Below, piece by piece: positions 48,991 to 61,400 of a stretch of 64,000 nt of DNA. The translations under genes and the position numbers were made by a program. The notes beneath the pieces are model-generated. The model was not told where the DNA came from. It saw only the letters and a list, made by a program, of their open reading frames with translations, and did not search any database. Position 1 is the stretch's first letter, and every line of letters starts with the position of its first letter. Source of the DNA: Anaeramoeba ignava BMAN (Eukaryota; Protista; Anaeramoebae); NCBI GenBank assembly GCA_028826165.1, contig JAPDFW010000097.1, positions 62,001-126,000 on the forward strand. Reading direction: 5' to 3'.

Positions 48991-49311
48991 ATTATTTAAA
49001 AACAATTAAATCAATTAAATTAATTAATTAATAAATCCAATTTAATTCCTATTTTTAAAATTATTTTTTTTTAATTTTTTTTTTCATTTTTTTCCTTTTT
49101 TTTTAAAAAATTCCAAAACATTTTAATTAAGTAAATTTTATTTTTAAATAATAATTTAAATAAAATAATAATAAAAACACAAAATAAAAATTAAATAGAA
49201 ACAAAATATTTATTAATTATTTATTAAATTAATATTATTTTCTTTATATTTATTTTAAATTTCCTTTTTTTCCTTTTTTTTAAAAAAAAAAAAATAAAAA
49301 AAAAAAGAAAA

Positions 49312-52300
49312 ATGAATGATCCTTCAAAAGAAATTGATTTAAAAGATAAATCCAATTCAAAACATAATGAAAAAGAGAAAGAGAAACATAAATCAAAATA
49401 TAAATCAGAACATAAATCAAAACATAATGAAAAAGAAAAAGAGAAACATAAATCAGAACATAAATCCAATTCAAAACATAATGAAAAAGAGAAAGAGAAA
49501 CATAAATCAAAATCAAAATCAAAATCAGAACAAAATCAAAATAAAAATAAAAATCAAAAAAATCAAAATCAAAATCAAAATCAAAATCAAAATCAAAATC
49601 AAAATCAAAATCAAAATCAAAATCAAAATCAAAACATTTCATTTCAACAAATTTATTTTGAAGAAACATCTAAACAAACACAAATATCAAAATTATATCA
49701 ATTTCCTAAACAAGAATTAGATAAATTTTTGATTTGTGAACTTCTTTCAAATTATAAAATAATGTTTCAAAATGAAGAAAATTGTGATTATACAATTTAT
49801 GTTGGAAAAAATCAAAAAATTAATTGTCATAAATCAATTCTTAATTCAAGATCAAGATTTTTTTATGAAAAACATCATCAAAAATCAGAAATTAATGAAT
49901 TATATCTTCCTCAATTTGAAATTGATATTGTTAAACCAATAATTTCATTTCTTTATGATTCAGAATTTGAATTTAATTTAAACAAATTTGAAAAATATTT
50001 TAAACTTGCAAAATGTTTTAAATTAACAAATTTAATAATCAAAATTGAAAAAGAAGTTTCAGAACAAATTAATGAAAAAAATGTTATTATTATTTATTTC
50101 AAAAGTATTTCAATTCAATCACAATTTCTTTCTAATATTTGTGAAAGATTTATTCAAGAAAATATTGATAAAATTATTGAAAATGAATATATTGGAAAAA
50201 TTGATGATAAACAATTAAAAGAAATTATTCAAATTATTCAAAAAACAAAATCAAAAGAAAAACGAATTAATTTAATTTGGAAATTATCAACAGAATGGAA
50301 AAATAAATTTAATCTAAACAATAAACAATTTATAAATCAAGATGAATATGTTGATTCAATTCAAATTCACAAAATCAAAAACCAAATTAATCAATTTTAT
50401 ATGATTATTAATAACATCCAAAATGTTGGATTTATTTCTTATCAATCAAATCCTGAACCAAATCTAATTTTATCTTCAAATGAACAATTTCAATTATTAA
50501 ATCAAAAAAATCAAGAATTAAATCAAAAAAATCAAGAATTAAATCAAAAAAATCAAGAATTAAATCAAAAAAATCAAGAATTAAATCAACAAAATCAAGA
50601 ATTAAATCAACAAAATCAAAAATTAAATCAACAAAATGAAGAAATTAAACAAAAAAATGAAGAAATTAAACAAAAAGAAAACAAAATACAAAACCAAAAG
50701 AATAAAATATATCAACTCAGAACAGAAACTCAAAAGAATTTATTTCCAAAAGCAACAAAAATTATTCAAAATTATCGAAAAAAAGCAACAAATTTAAATC
50801 AAAGTAAATTATTTTTAAATTATTTTTCTTTTCTTTTTTTTTTATTAATTTAAATTTAAAATTGAAATTAAAAGAATCTATTCAAGAAACAATTAATTTT
50901 ATGATAAAATGTTCAACAAATCAAGAAATTCAAGAAAATGGATGTTTTATTTTACAACAATTTGCACTACATGAAAGTAAATTTATTATTATTAATTCCA
51001 AAATTCAAATTAAAAATATTTAATAAATTGAAAAATAAATGAATTAAATTTATTTTAAAAAATAATCAATAAATCAATTCAATTCAATTCAATTCAATTC
51101 AATTCAATTCAATTTAATTCAATTCAATTCAATTTAATTCAATTCAATTCAATTCAATTCATTATTTAATTCAATTCATATTTAATATTAATTTATTTCA
51201 AAATAAATAAACAAAAGAAAATAAAATTGAAATAAGAAAACTTAATGGAATTGAACCTATTATTAAAGCAATTAATAATTTCCCAAATAATGAAAATATT
51301 CAAGATTATGGATGTAGAGCTTTAGAGAATATTGTTGTTAATAATGAAGGTAAATAAAAATTAAATGAAAAAATCAAAATTAAATCAATTCCAATTATTT
51401 AATAAATTGAAAAATAAATGAATTAAATTTATTTTAAAAAATAATCAATAAATCAATTCAATTCAATTCAATTCAATTCAATATTCAATTCAATAAATCA
51501 ATTCAATTCAATTCAATATTAATTTATTTCAATTCAATTCAATATTAATTTATTTCAAAATCCAAATAAATAAATAAATAAAAGAAAATAAAATTGAAAT
51601 AAGAAAACTTAATGGAATTGAACCTATTATCAAAGCAATTAATAATTTCCCAAATAATGAAAATATTCAATATATTGGATGTAAAGCTTTATTGAGTATT
51701 GCTATTAATGAAGGTAAATCAAAACTAAATGAAAAAATCAAAAATAAATCAATTCCAATTATTTAATAAATTGAAAAATAAATGAATTAAATTTATTTTA
51801 AAAAATAATCAATAAATGAATTCAATTCAATTCAATTCAATTCAATATTAATTTATTTCAAAACCCAAATAAATAAATAAATAAAAGAAAATGAAATTGA
51901 AATAAGAAAACTTAATGGAATTGAACCTATTATCAAAGCAATTAATAATTTCCCAAATAATGAAAATATTCAATATATTGGATGTAAAGCTTTATTGGTT
52001 ATTGCTATTAATGAAGGTAAATAAAAATCAAAAATAAATCAATTCCAATCATTTAATAAATTGAAAAATAAATGAATTAAATTTATTTTGAAAAATAATC
52101 AATAATTCAATTCAATATTCAATTCAATATTCAATTCAATTCAATTCAATTCAATTTAATATTAATTTATTTTAAAACCCAAATAAATAAATAAACAAAA
52201 GAAAATAAAATTGAAATAAGAAAACTTAATGGAATTGAACCTATTATCAAAGCAATTAATAATTTCCCAAATAATGAAAATATTCAATATCAAGGATGTG

Positions 52301-55300
52301 GAGCTTTACTGAATATTGCTGCTAATGAAGGTAAATAAAAATTAAAAATAAATCAATTCCAATTATTTAATAAATTGAAAAATAAATGAATTCAATTCAA
52401 TTCAATTCAATTCAATAAATCAATTCAATTCAATTCAATATTAATTTATTTCAATTCAATTCAATATTAATTTATTTCAAAATCCAAATAAATAAATAAA
52501 TAAAAGAAAATAAAATTGAAATAAGAAAACTTAATGGAATTGAACCTATTATTAAAGCAATTAATAATTTCCCAAATAATGAAAATATTCAATATATTGG
52601 ATGTAAAGCTTTATTGAGTATTGCTATTAATGAAGGTAAATCAAAACTAAATGAAAAAATCAAAAATAAATCAATTCCAATTATTTAATAAATTGAAAAA
52701 TAAATGAATTAAATTTATTTTAAAAATAATCAATAAATGAATTCAATTTAATTCAATTCAATTCATATTTAATATTAATTTATTTCAAAATAAATAAATA
52801 AACAAAAGAAAATCAAATTGAAATAAGAAAACTTAATGGAATTGAACCTATTATCAAAGCAATTAATAATTTCCCAAATAATGAAAATATTCAATATCAA
52901 GGATGTGGAGCTTTACTGAATATTGCTGCTAATGAAGGTAAATAAAAATTAAAAATAAATCAATTCCAATTATTTAATAAATTGAAAAATAAATGAATTC
53001 AATTCAATTCAATTCAATTCAATAAATCAATTCAATTCAATTCAATATTAATTTATTTCAATTCAATTCAATATTAATTTATTTCAAAATCCAAATAAAT
53101 AAATAAATAAAAGAAAATAAAATTGAAATAAGAAAACTTAATGGAATTGAACCTATTATTAAAGCAATTAATAATTTCCCAAATAATGAAAATATTCAAT
53201 ATTCTGGATGTAAAGCTTTATTGAGTATTGCTATTAATGAAGGTAAATCAAAACTAAATGAAAAAATCAAAAATAAATCAATTCCAATTATTTAATAAAT
53301 TGAAAAATAAATGAATTAAATTTATTTTAAAAATAATCAATAAATGAATTCAATTCAATTCAATTCAATTCATATTTAATATTAATTTATTTCAAAATAA
53401 ATAAACAAAAGAAAATAAAATTGAAATAAGAAAACTTAATGGAATTGAACCTATTATCAAAGCAATTAATAATTTCCCAAATAATGAAAATATTCAATAT
53501 ATTGGATGTAAAGCTTTATGGAATATTGCTGATAATGAAGGTAAATAAAAATTAAATCAAAAAATCAAAAATAAATCAATTCCAATTATTTAATAAATTG
53601 AAAAATAAATGAATTAAATTTATTTTGAAAATAATCAATAAATGAATTCAATTCAATTCAATTCAATTCAATATTCAATTCAATAAATCAATTCAATTCA
53701 ATTCAATATTAATTTATTTCAATTCAATTCAATATTTAATTCATTTCAAAATCAAAATAAATAAATAAATAAAAGAAAATCGAAATGAAATAAGAAAACT
53801 TAATGGAATTGAACCTATTATTAAAGCAATTAATAATTTCCCAAATAATGAAAATATTCAATATATTGGATGTAAAGCTTTAATGAATATTGCTATTAAT
53901 GAAGGTAAATCAAAACTAAATGAAAAAATCAAAAATAAATCAATTCCAATTATTTAATAAATTGAAAAATAAATGAATTAAATTTATTTTAAAAATAATC
54001 AATAAATGAATTCAATTCAATTCAATTCAATTCATATTTAATATTAATTTATTTCAAAATAAATAAATAAACAAAAGAAAATCAAATTGAAATAAGAAAA
54101 CTTAATGGAATTAAACCTATTATTAAAGCAATTAATAATTTCCCAAATAATGAAAATATTCAATATTCTGGATGTGGATTTTTAATGGTTATTGCTGCTT
54201 ATAATGAAGGTAAATCATAATTAAAATTAAAATTAAAATTAAAATCAAAATCAAAATTAAAATTAAAATTAAAATTAAAATTAAAATTAAAATTAAAATT
54301 AAAATTAAAATTAAAATTAAAATTAAAATTAAAATTAAAATTCAAAATTAAAATTAAAATTAAAATTAAAATTAAAATTAAAATTAAAAATTAAAATTAA
54401 AAATTAAAATTAAAATTAAAATTAAAATTAAAATTAAAATTAAAAATAAATCAATTCCAATTATTTAATAAATTGAAAAATAAATGAATTAAATTTATTT
54501 TAAAAAATAATCAATAAATCAATTCAATTCAATTCAATTCAATTCAATTCAATTCAATTCAATTTAATTCAATTCAATTCAATTCAATTTAATTCAATTC
54601 AATTCAATTCAATTCATTATTTAATTCAATTCATTATTTAATTCAATTCATATTTAATATTAATTTATTTCAAAATAAATAAACAAAAGAAAATAAAATT
54701 GAAATAAGGAAACTTAATGGAATTGAACCTATTATTAAAGCAATTAATAATTTCCCAAATAATGAAAATATTCAATATTCTGGATGTGGAGCTTTAATGA
54801 ATATTGCTAATAATGAAGGTAAATCAAAATTAAATGAAAAAATAAAAATTAAATCAATTCCAATTATTTAATAAATTGAAAAATAAATGAATTAAATTTA
54901 TTTTGAAAAATAATCAATAATTCAATTCAATATTCAATTCAATTCAATTCAATTCAATATTCAATTCAATTCAATATTCAATTCAATATTAATTTATTTC
55001 AAAATCCAAATAAATAAATAAACAAAAGAAAATAAAATTGAAATAAGAAAACTTAATGGAATTGAACCTATTATTAAAGCAATTAATAATTTCCCAAATA
55101 ATGAAAATATTCAATATTCTGGATGTGGAGCTTTATGGAATATTGCTGCTAATGAAGGTAAATAAAAATCAAAAATAAATCAATTCCAATTATTTAATAA
55201 ATTGAAAAATAAATGAATTAAATTTATTTTGAAAAATAATCAATAATTCAATTCAATTCAATATTCAATTCAATATTCAATTCAATTCAATTCAATTCAA

Positions 55301-56904
55301 TTCAATTCAATTCAATTTAATATTAATTTATTTCCAAAATAAATAAACAAAAGAAAATAAAATTGAAATAAGAAAACTTAATGGAATTGAACCTATTATT
55401 AAGGCAATTAATAATTTCCCAAATAATGAAAATATTCAATATCAAGGATGTGGAGCTTTAATGGTTATTACTTATCATAATGAAGGTAAATAAAAATTTA
55501 AAATAAGAAAAGCAAATTAAAGAAAATTTAAAATTGGAAATGATAAATTTTAAAACAAAATCAAAATCAAAAATTAATTCCAAAAATAAAAAAAAGAAAA
55601 TCAAATTGAAATGAGAAAACTTAATGGAATTAAACCTATTATCAAAGCTATTAATAATTTCCCAAATAATGAAAATATTCAATATGTTGGATGTGGAGCT
55701 TTACTGAATTTAACTTATCATAATGAAGGTAAATAAAAATTTAAAATAAGAAAAGCAAATTAAAGAAAATTTAAAATTGAAAATGATAAATTTTAAAACA
55801 AAACAAAATCAAAAATTAATTCCAAAAAAAATAAAAAAAAAGAAAATCAAATCAAAATGAGAGAACTTAAAGTAATTGAACTTTTTATTAAAGTTATTAA
55901 TAATTTCCCAAATAATGAAGATATTCAATATATTGGATGTGGATTTTTCAGAAATATGGCTAATAATCATGGTAAATTTTAATATAAATTTAATATTCAT
56001 TTCAATTCAATTTAATATTAATTTATTTCAAAATCTAAATAAATAAACAAATAAATAAACAAAAGAAAATCGAATTGAAATAAGAAAACTTAATGGAATT
56101 GAACTTGTTATCAAAATTATTAATAATTTCCCAAATAATGAAAATATTCAAGATTATGGATGTGGAGCTTTAAAGAATATTGCTGATAATGAAGGTAAAT
56201 AAAAATCAAAATCAAAATCAAAATCAAAATCAAAATCAAAATCAAAATCAAAATCAAAATCAAAATCAAAATCAAAATCAAAATCAAAATTTAAATCAAA
56301 ATCAAAATTTAAAATTAAAATCAAAATCAAAATCAAAATCAAAATCAAAATTAAAATACAAATCAAAATCAAAATTAAAATTAAAATTAAAATCAAAATC
56401 AAAATCAAAATTAAAATTAAAATTAAAATTAAAATTAAAATCAAAATCAAAATCAAAATTATAATCAAATTTAAAATTAAAATTAAAATCAAAATCAAAA
56501 TCAAAATCAAAATCAAAATCAAAACCAAAATCAAAATCAAAATCAAAATCAAAATAAATAAAAGAAAATCGAAATGAAATAAGGAAATTAAATGGAATTA
56601 AACTTATTATTAAAGCAATGAACGATTTTCCAAAAAATGAAAATATTCAAAAAAAAGGATGTGGAGCTTTATTAAATCTTTCATTTCAAAATGATGGTAA
56701 AAAAAATTTTTTGAATAAAATAAAATCTTGGTAATTTCTTATTAATTTATTTTTTAAATTAATTTAATAAAAAAAGAAAATCAAAAACAAATTAATGAAA
56801 TGAATGGAATTGAAATTATTAAAAAAGCAATTAATGATTTTCCAAATAATCCAAAAATTCAAAAAAAAGGAAAATTAATTATTGAAAGATTCCAAAAAAA
56901 ATGA
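49312..56904 (+). CDS. BTB/POZ(-BACK-like) + coiled-coil + armadillo-repeat protein, 20 exons: 49312-50803; N-cap 50875-50976; 17 ARM exons starting 51218, 51585, 51888, 52202, 52507, 52809, 53114, 53412, 53776, 54078, 54690, 55029, 55354, 55597, 55843, 56066, 56565; C-cap 56777-56904
   Basis: BTB: CDYTIYVG...INCHKSILNSRSRFF...IISFLY. Each repeat exon is flanked by aaag| and |gtaaa, is 129 or 132 nt, phase 1, and encodes ENKIEIRKLNGIEPIIKAINNFPNNENIQxxGCxALxxIAxN (LRRK2/aardvark-like ARM consensus). The spliced frame is open to TGA at 56902-56904. Confidence 0.9.
50497..50670 (+). repeat. 21-nt coding repeat giving heptad (ELNQKNQ)n coiled coil
   Basis: ttaaatcaaaaaaatcaagaa in tandem. Confidence 0.9.
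51000..56700 (+). repeat. Tandem array of exon+intron units, 17 copies, typically ~300 nt (range ~220-610)
   Basis: Exons and most introns (aatcaattccaattatttaataaattgaaaaataaatgaatt...) are repeated. Confidence 0.95.
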
Positions 56905-56957
56905 TTTATTTCTCTTTCTTTTTAAATTGATTTGAATAAATCAATCAAAATTTTCTT

Positions 56958-58007
56958 TTATTTTTTTAAATTTTGAATTAATTGTAAAGAAGAAATTTGA
57001 ATAATTTCTCTTCTACACCAAGGACATAATAATTTATCAGAAGATTCCATTAACATTTTAGCACAAATTGAACATAAAGTATGATTACAATCCAAAATAA
57101 CAGAATCAACTTCTCTTTCAAAACAAAGTTTACAAATTGAATCTTCAAAAGAAGAATGGAATTGATTTATTTTTTGTTTTTGAGTATTTTTGTTCTTATT
57201 TTTGATAGAACGTTGATAATTAAGATATTCATTTTTATATTTTTCAATTAAAAGCATTTTTTTCTGTAAATAATTTTTTTGAATAATTTCAATTTGTTGT
57301 TTTTTTTGTTCATCTAAATTATTTAATTCTTGATTAAGTTGTTTTTGTATTTTATGGAATTGTGGATCTTTTTGATTTTCTTGATCATTTTGAATGGAAT
57401 TAATTTCATAATTGTTTTTTTGATTGAAAAAGTTATCATTTTGATAAATATTGAGGAAATTTTCATTTTTAATAATTTCTTGAAATATTTCAATTCTTGA
57501 TTTAATATTTTTAGATTGAATTTGGGAAATATTTTTATCAATAAATTGAAATAATAATTCAACTTTATCAAATTTAAGGAAAATTTCAAATTTAGAATTA
57601 ATTATCAAGTTGATTTTATTTGATTTGATTTTTTCATATTTTTGAATTGAAAAAAATGGAATATTAATAATAATTTGTTGAGAAGAATTTGAAATTATAT
57701 TTGAAATGAAAATTAAAGAAGATGGACAACAAATTAAAGTAGAATTTTTAAATTGATATTTTAATTGAATTTCTTTTTTTTGTTCTTTAAATTTTAATTT
57801 TTCTATTTTCCAAATAAATTGATTTGGAATTGATTGAATTATTTTAAGAGAAATTTTTTGAATAAATTTATTAATTGAAGAAAATTTATCAAATTTAAAT
57901 TCATTTTCATTTTCATTTTCATTTTCATTTTCATTTTCATTTTCATTTTCATTTTCATTTTCATTTTGATTAAAAATTTTAAGTTTAGGTAATTGAATTT
58001 CATTCAT
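56958..58007 (-). CDS. C-terminal C3HC4 RING-finger protein (IAP/MUL1-like RING) with central coiled coil
   Basis: CKLCFEREVDSVILDCNHTLCSICAKML...CPWCR. Confidence 0.85.
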   Translation of the reverse strand: MNEIQLPKLKIFNQNENENENENENENENENENENEFKFDKFSSINKFIQKISLKIIQSIPNQFIWKIEKLKFKEQKKEIQLKYQFKNSTLICCPSSLIFISNIISNSSQQIIINIPFFSIQKYEKIKSNKINLIINSKFEIFLKFDKVELLFQFIDKNISQIQSKNIKSRIEIFQEIIKNENFLNIYQNDNFFNQKNNYEINSIQNDQENQKDPQFHKIQKQLNQELNNLDEQKKQQIEIIQKNYLQKKMLLIEKYKNEYLNYQRSIKNKNKNTQKQKINQFHSSFEDSICKLCFEREVDSVILDCNHTLCSICAKMLMESSDKLLCPWCRREIIQISSLQLIQNLKK

Positions 58008-58443
58008 ATTTTAATTATTATTTTAAAATTAAAAAAATGAAAAAAATATTTTTTTTAAATTTTTTAAATTTTTTTTTTTTCATTTTTTTCTATTTTGGAG
58101 TTTAATTTAATTTATGATTCTTTTTAAAACTTGTTTTTTATTCATTTACAATTTAAAATTTAATTAAAAAATTTTTATTTTTAATTATTTTTTAGTTAAA
58201 AATAAAATTTGAAAGTTTTTTTCAAATTTTTTATTTTTAATTTTTGTTTATGAAAGTAAAAGAAATTAAAACAATTAACTCCTAAAATTATTTGTGGTAA
58301 TTCATAGTACGAAAAAATAATAAAAAAAAAAGGAAAAAAAGAAAATGAATAATTTGTTTTATTTTATTTTCTTTTTTTTATTTTTTTTTTCTAATTTCTT
58401 TTTCGTCTCCAAATCCACTTAAATTTTATTTTAAAATTAAATT

Positions 58444-61400
58444 TCAATAAATTATTGAATGTAAAAGATCAAAATATTTGATTAAAGTTTCAATTTGTGT
58501 TCCAAATTTTTTAATATTTAATTCTTCTTTTTTTAATTTTTCGAATTGAGATTTAAGAAGATTTTGTTCTTTTTTTAACATTAAAATTTCTTTTTTAATA
58601 AGAAAAACTTTAGCATAATTTTCAGAAAGTTCAAAAATTATTGAATCAAGTGATTCATGTTTTTTAAAACGGTTTTCGATAAGAAAATGATCTTGATTTG
58701 AAGATGAAATTTTGTTAAAAAAGGAAAGAGAAAGAGAACTAATACCAGGTTTAATTTGTTCAAAAGAATGAATTTTAACTGGTTTTCCAAATGAATGATT
58801 TAATAAGGAAATTTTTTTCTTTTTTCTCTGAATTTTGGAGTGAATTTTTTGTATTTCCGATTCTTTTTGTTGATCGAGAAAAGCATTTACTTGCAAAGTG
58901 TTTAATTCTGTTGAGAGCCTTTCATGTTTTTGTTTTAAAGATTCAATTTCCATTTTGATATTTTGCAAATTTTTTTCTTCAACATTTTTTGAAGTGATAA
59001 GAGAATCAAGAAATTTCTTTTTTGATTCAAGTATTCTGTTTAATTCAGTAAAATCGCCATCGAGATGTTTGACTTGAGTTTGATATTTTTTTGTTTCCAA
59101 ATCCATGAAAATGGCCTGCAAAAATGCTCCAAAATGTGATTGATAAGGTTTCCATTTTTTACGTTTTGGAAGTTTTTCAAACGAGTTTATTTTGGATAAA
59201 ACAGTTTCTTCTATGAGATCAATTTCCGAGATGAAATTTGCATAATAATCTTCGTTTTGGATTCTCAACATTTTACGTTTCTGTTCTAATTGGCTCATTT
59301 TATCTTCCATTTCGGTGATTTCTTGCTGAATATTCCCGATCATTTGGTTTGATTCATTTGTTTGCTTTGTCATTTCTTGTTTTTTGTTGTTAATTTTCTC
59401 ATCCAAACCGTTGTTTTGTGAAATAATCTCCTCGTTTTGTTTCAAGGTGTAATTCTGCAAAGAATCCAAATTTTCAATCTTGATTTGCAATGTTTGGTTC
59501 ATGATCATATTTGATTCAATTTCTCTTTTTATTTGGTGCTTTTTTGATATATTTGAAGTAAATTTAGTGTTCAAAATATCTATAGATTCTTCTTTTTGCT
59601 GAAAAAGACGGTTGTATTTGTTTGTTTCCTTTGAAATTTGTTTGTGAGATTTTTTGGCCTTCTTGTTCCAATTCCCTGATTTTTTGCTCTTTTTTTTCGA
59701 GTGTGTCTTGTTTTTGTTTAATTTCGTGTTTTAATTTTTGGAAATCCAAATATAGTTGATTTGATTTTTGTTTTTCTTGTATTTCGTAAATTTTATCAAC
59801 TTCTTTTTCTAAATTATCCAATTTGCTTTGCAATTGCATAATTTTTTTGTCTTGAGATTCTTGAAGAATCAAAACTTCCTTTCGTAAATTTTCTGTTTGA
59901 TTTTTTTCAAAATCCAAATCCTTTATTGATTTCATTTCCTGTTGGATTCTTTCCAAATTGAATTGGATTCTATTGTTTGTTTGACTTAAAACTTCCTTTT
60001 CATTTTCGCTGAGAAGTAAGTTTTGTTGGAGTTCTCCAATTTTCTCGTCCATTGATTTAATTGATGATTCTAATTGTTTTGTTTCTTCATCTTTTTGTTT
60101 CTCTTCTTTTTCTGTTAATTTTTGGCGAAGAATTTCCTCTTCTGTTTTGAGGATTTGGATATTATATTGAATGGAAGAAATTTCGTCATTTTCTTTCTGT
60201 TTTTCATTCCTTATTTTTTTTGTATAGCTTTTTTCTTTCCGATTCAAAAGAACATCAAGTAGTTCAATTTTATTTTTCAACTGTGTGATTTGTTTTTGAT
60301 ATGAATTTCGATTTTCATTTTGGTTTTTGTTGAGCTCATCTAATTGTTTTGAAAGTTGTCTGTTTTCTGTTTCTAAAAATTGCATGTTCATTTCCGAAAT
60401 GGGCGTTTTATTTTTTTCTGTGATTTGAGATAGACTTTTTTGGATTGAATTAATTTTGGATTTTTCCTTTTGGATTTTTTCATGTATTTGGACAATAATT
60501 GATCTAAATTTTTGGTTCAAAACTTTTTTTTCCAAATTGATTTTATTTTCCTCTTGATTTTTATCAGAAAAAATTTCTGAAACAAATCTATAACTTGAAT
60601 GAATTTTAAATTTAGAAGATTTTTCCAATGATTTTGCAATTATAGAAGGAAACTATTTATTTTTTTTTTATATAAATCAATAAATCAATAAATCAATTAT
60701 TTTTTTTTTATTTTAAAATACATCTTTTTCTGTGACACAACGATGATAGATTTCTGCAAGATAAGCCATGTTTTCGTATGCGCCAATTTTTTTATTCATG
60801 ATATCTTTGGTTTCAAATAATTGAGGAATACCTACTTTTTGAGCTTTTTCAAAAACTTCATTTGAAAGTTCTATTGATATTTTCTTTTAAATTTTCCAAA
60901 AATAATGAATAAATAAATTTATTAAAATAAGATTAAATGAAATACATCAATATTTGTTTCAGTTATTGTTTTTGTAATTAAATCTGGGAAATAATGATTT
61001 AATATCATTGCGAAAACTTGACCATCAAACAAACTAATTTTTTTTTTTAATTTTAAAAATTTTTTGATTTTATAAAATTTTTTCATTTCTTCAATTCATT
61101 TTTACTTATCAGTAAAATTGGAAATTTCAATTCCATATTTTGAGATTATTGAATTTATCCAAGATTTTAATAAAATTTGATAATCTTGAATTTCTTTTGG
61201 TTTTTTGGAAAGTCTAAAAAAAGTGATTAAATCCCAAATCATTTGAAGAATTTCTTTTTTGTTATTTTCTACAATTTGGATTGGAGTAATTTTAAGTGGG
61301 ATATATAATTGAAATTTAGCGATATTTAATAACATGAGCAAATTCATTTTGTTTTCCATTGTTGATAAAGGTTTTTTAAAAGGTAAAATAAATCTAATTT

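Noticed and set aside
51218-56696. CRISPR-like array or diversity-generating retroelement behind the conserved/variable alternation
   Set aside because: The units are GT-AG-bounded coding exons. There are no cas genes, reverse transcriptase or template repeat in the window, and most adenines in the exons are invariant, unlike DGR mutagenesis.
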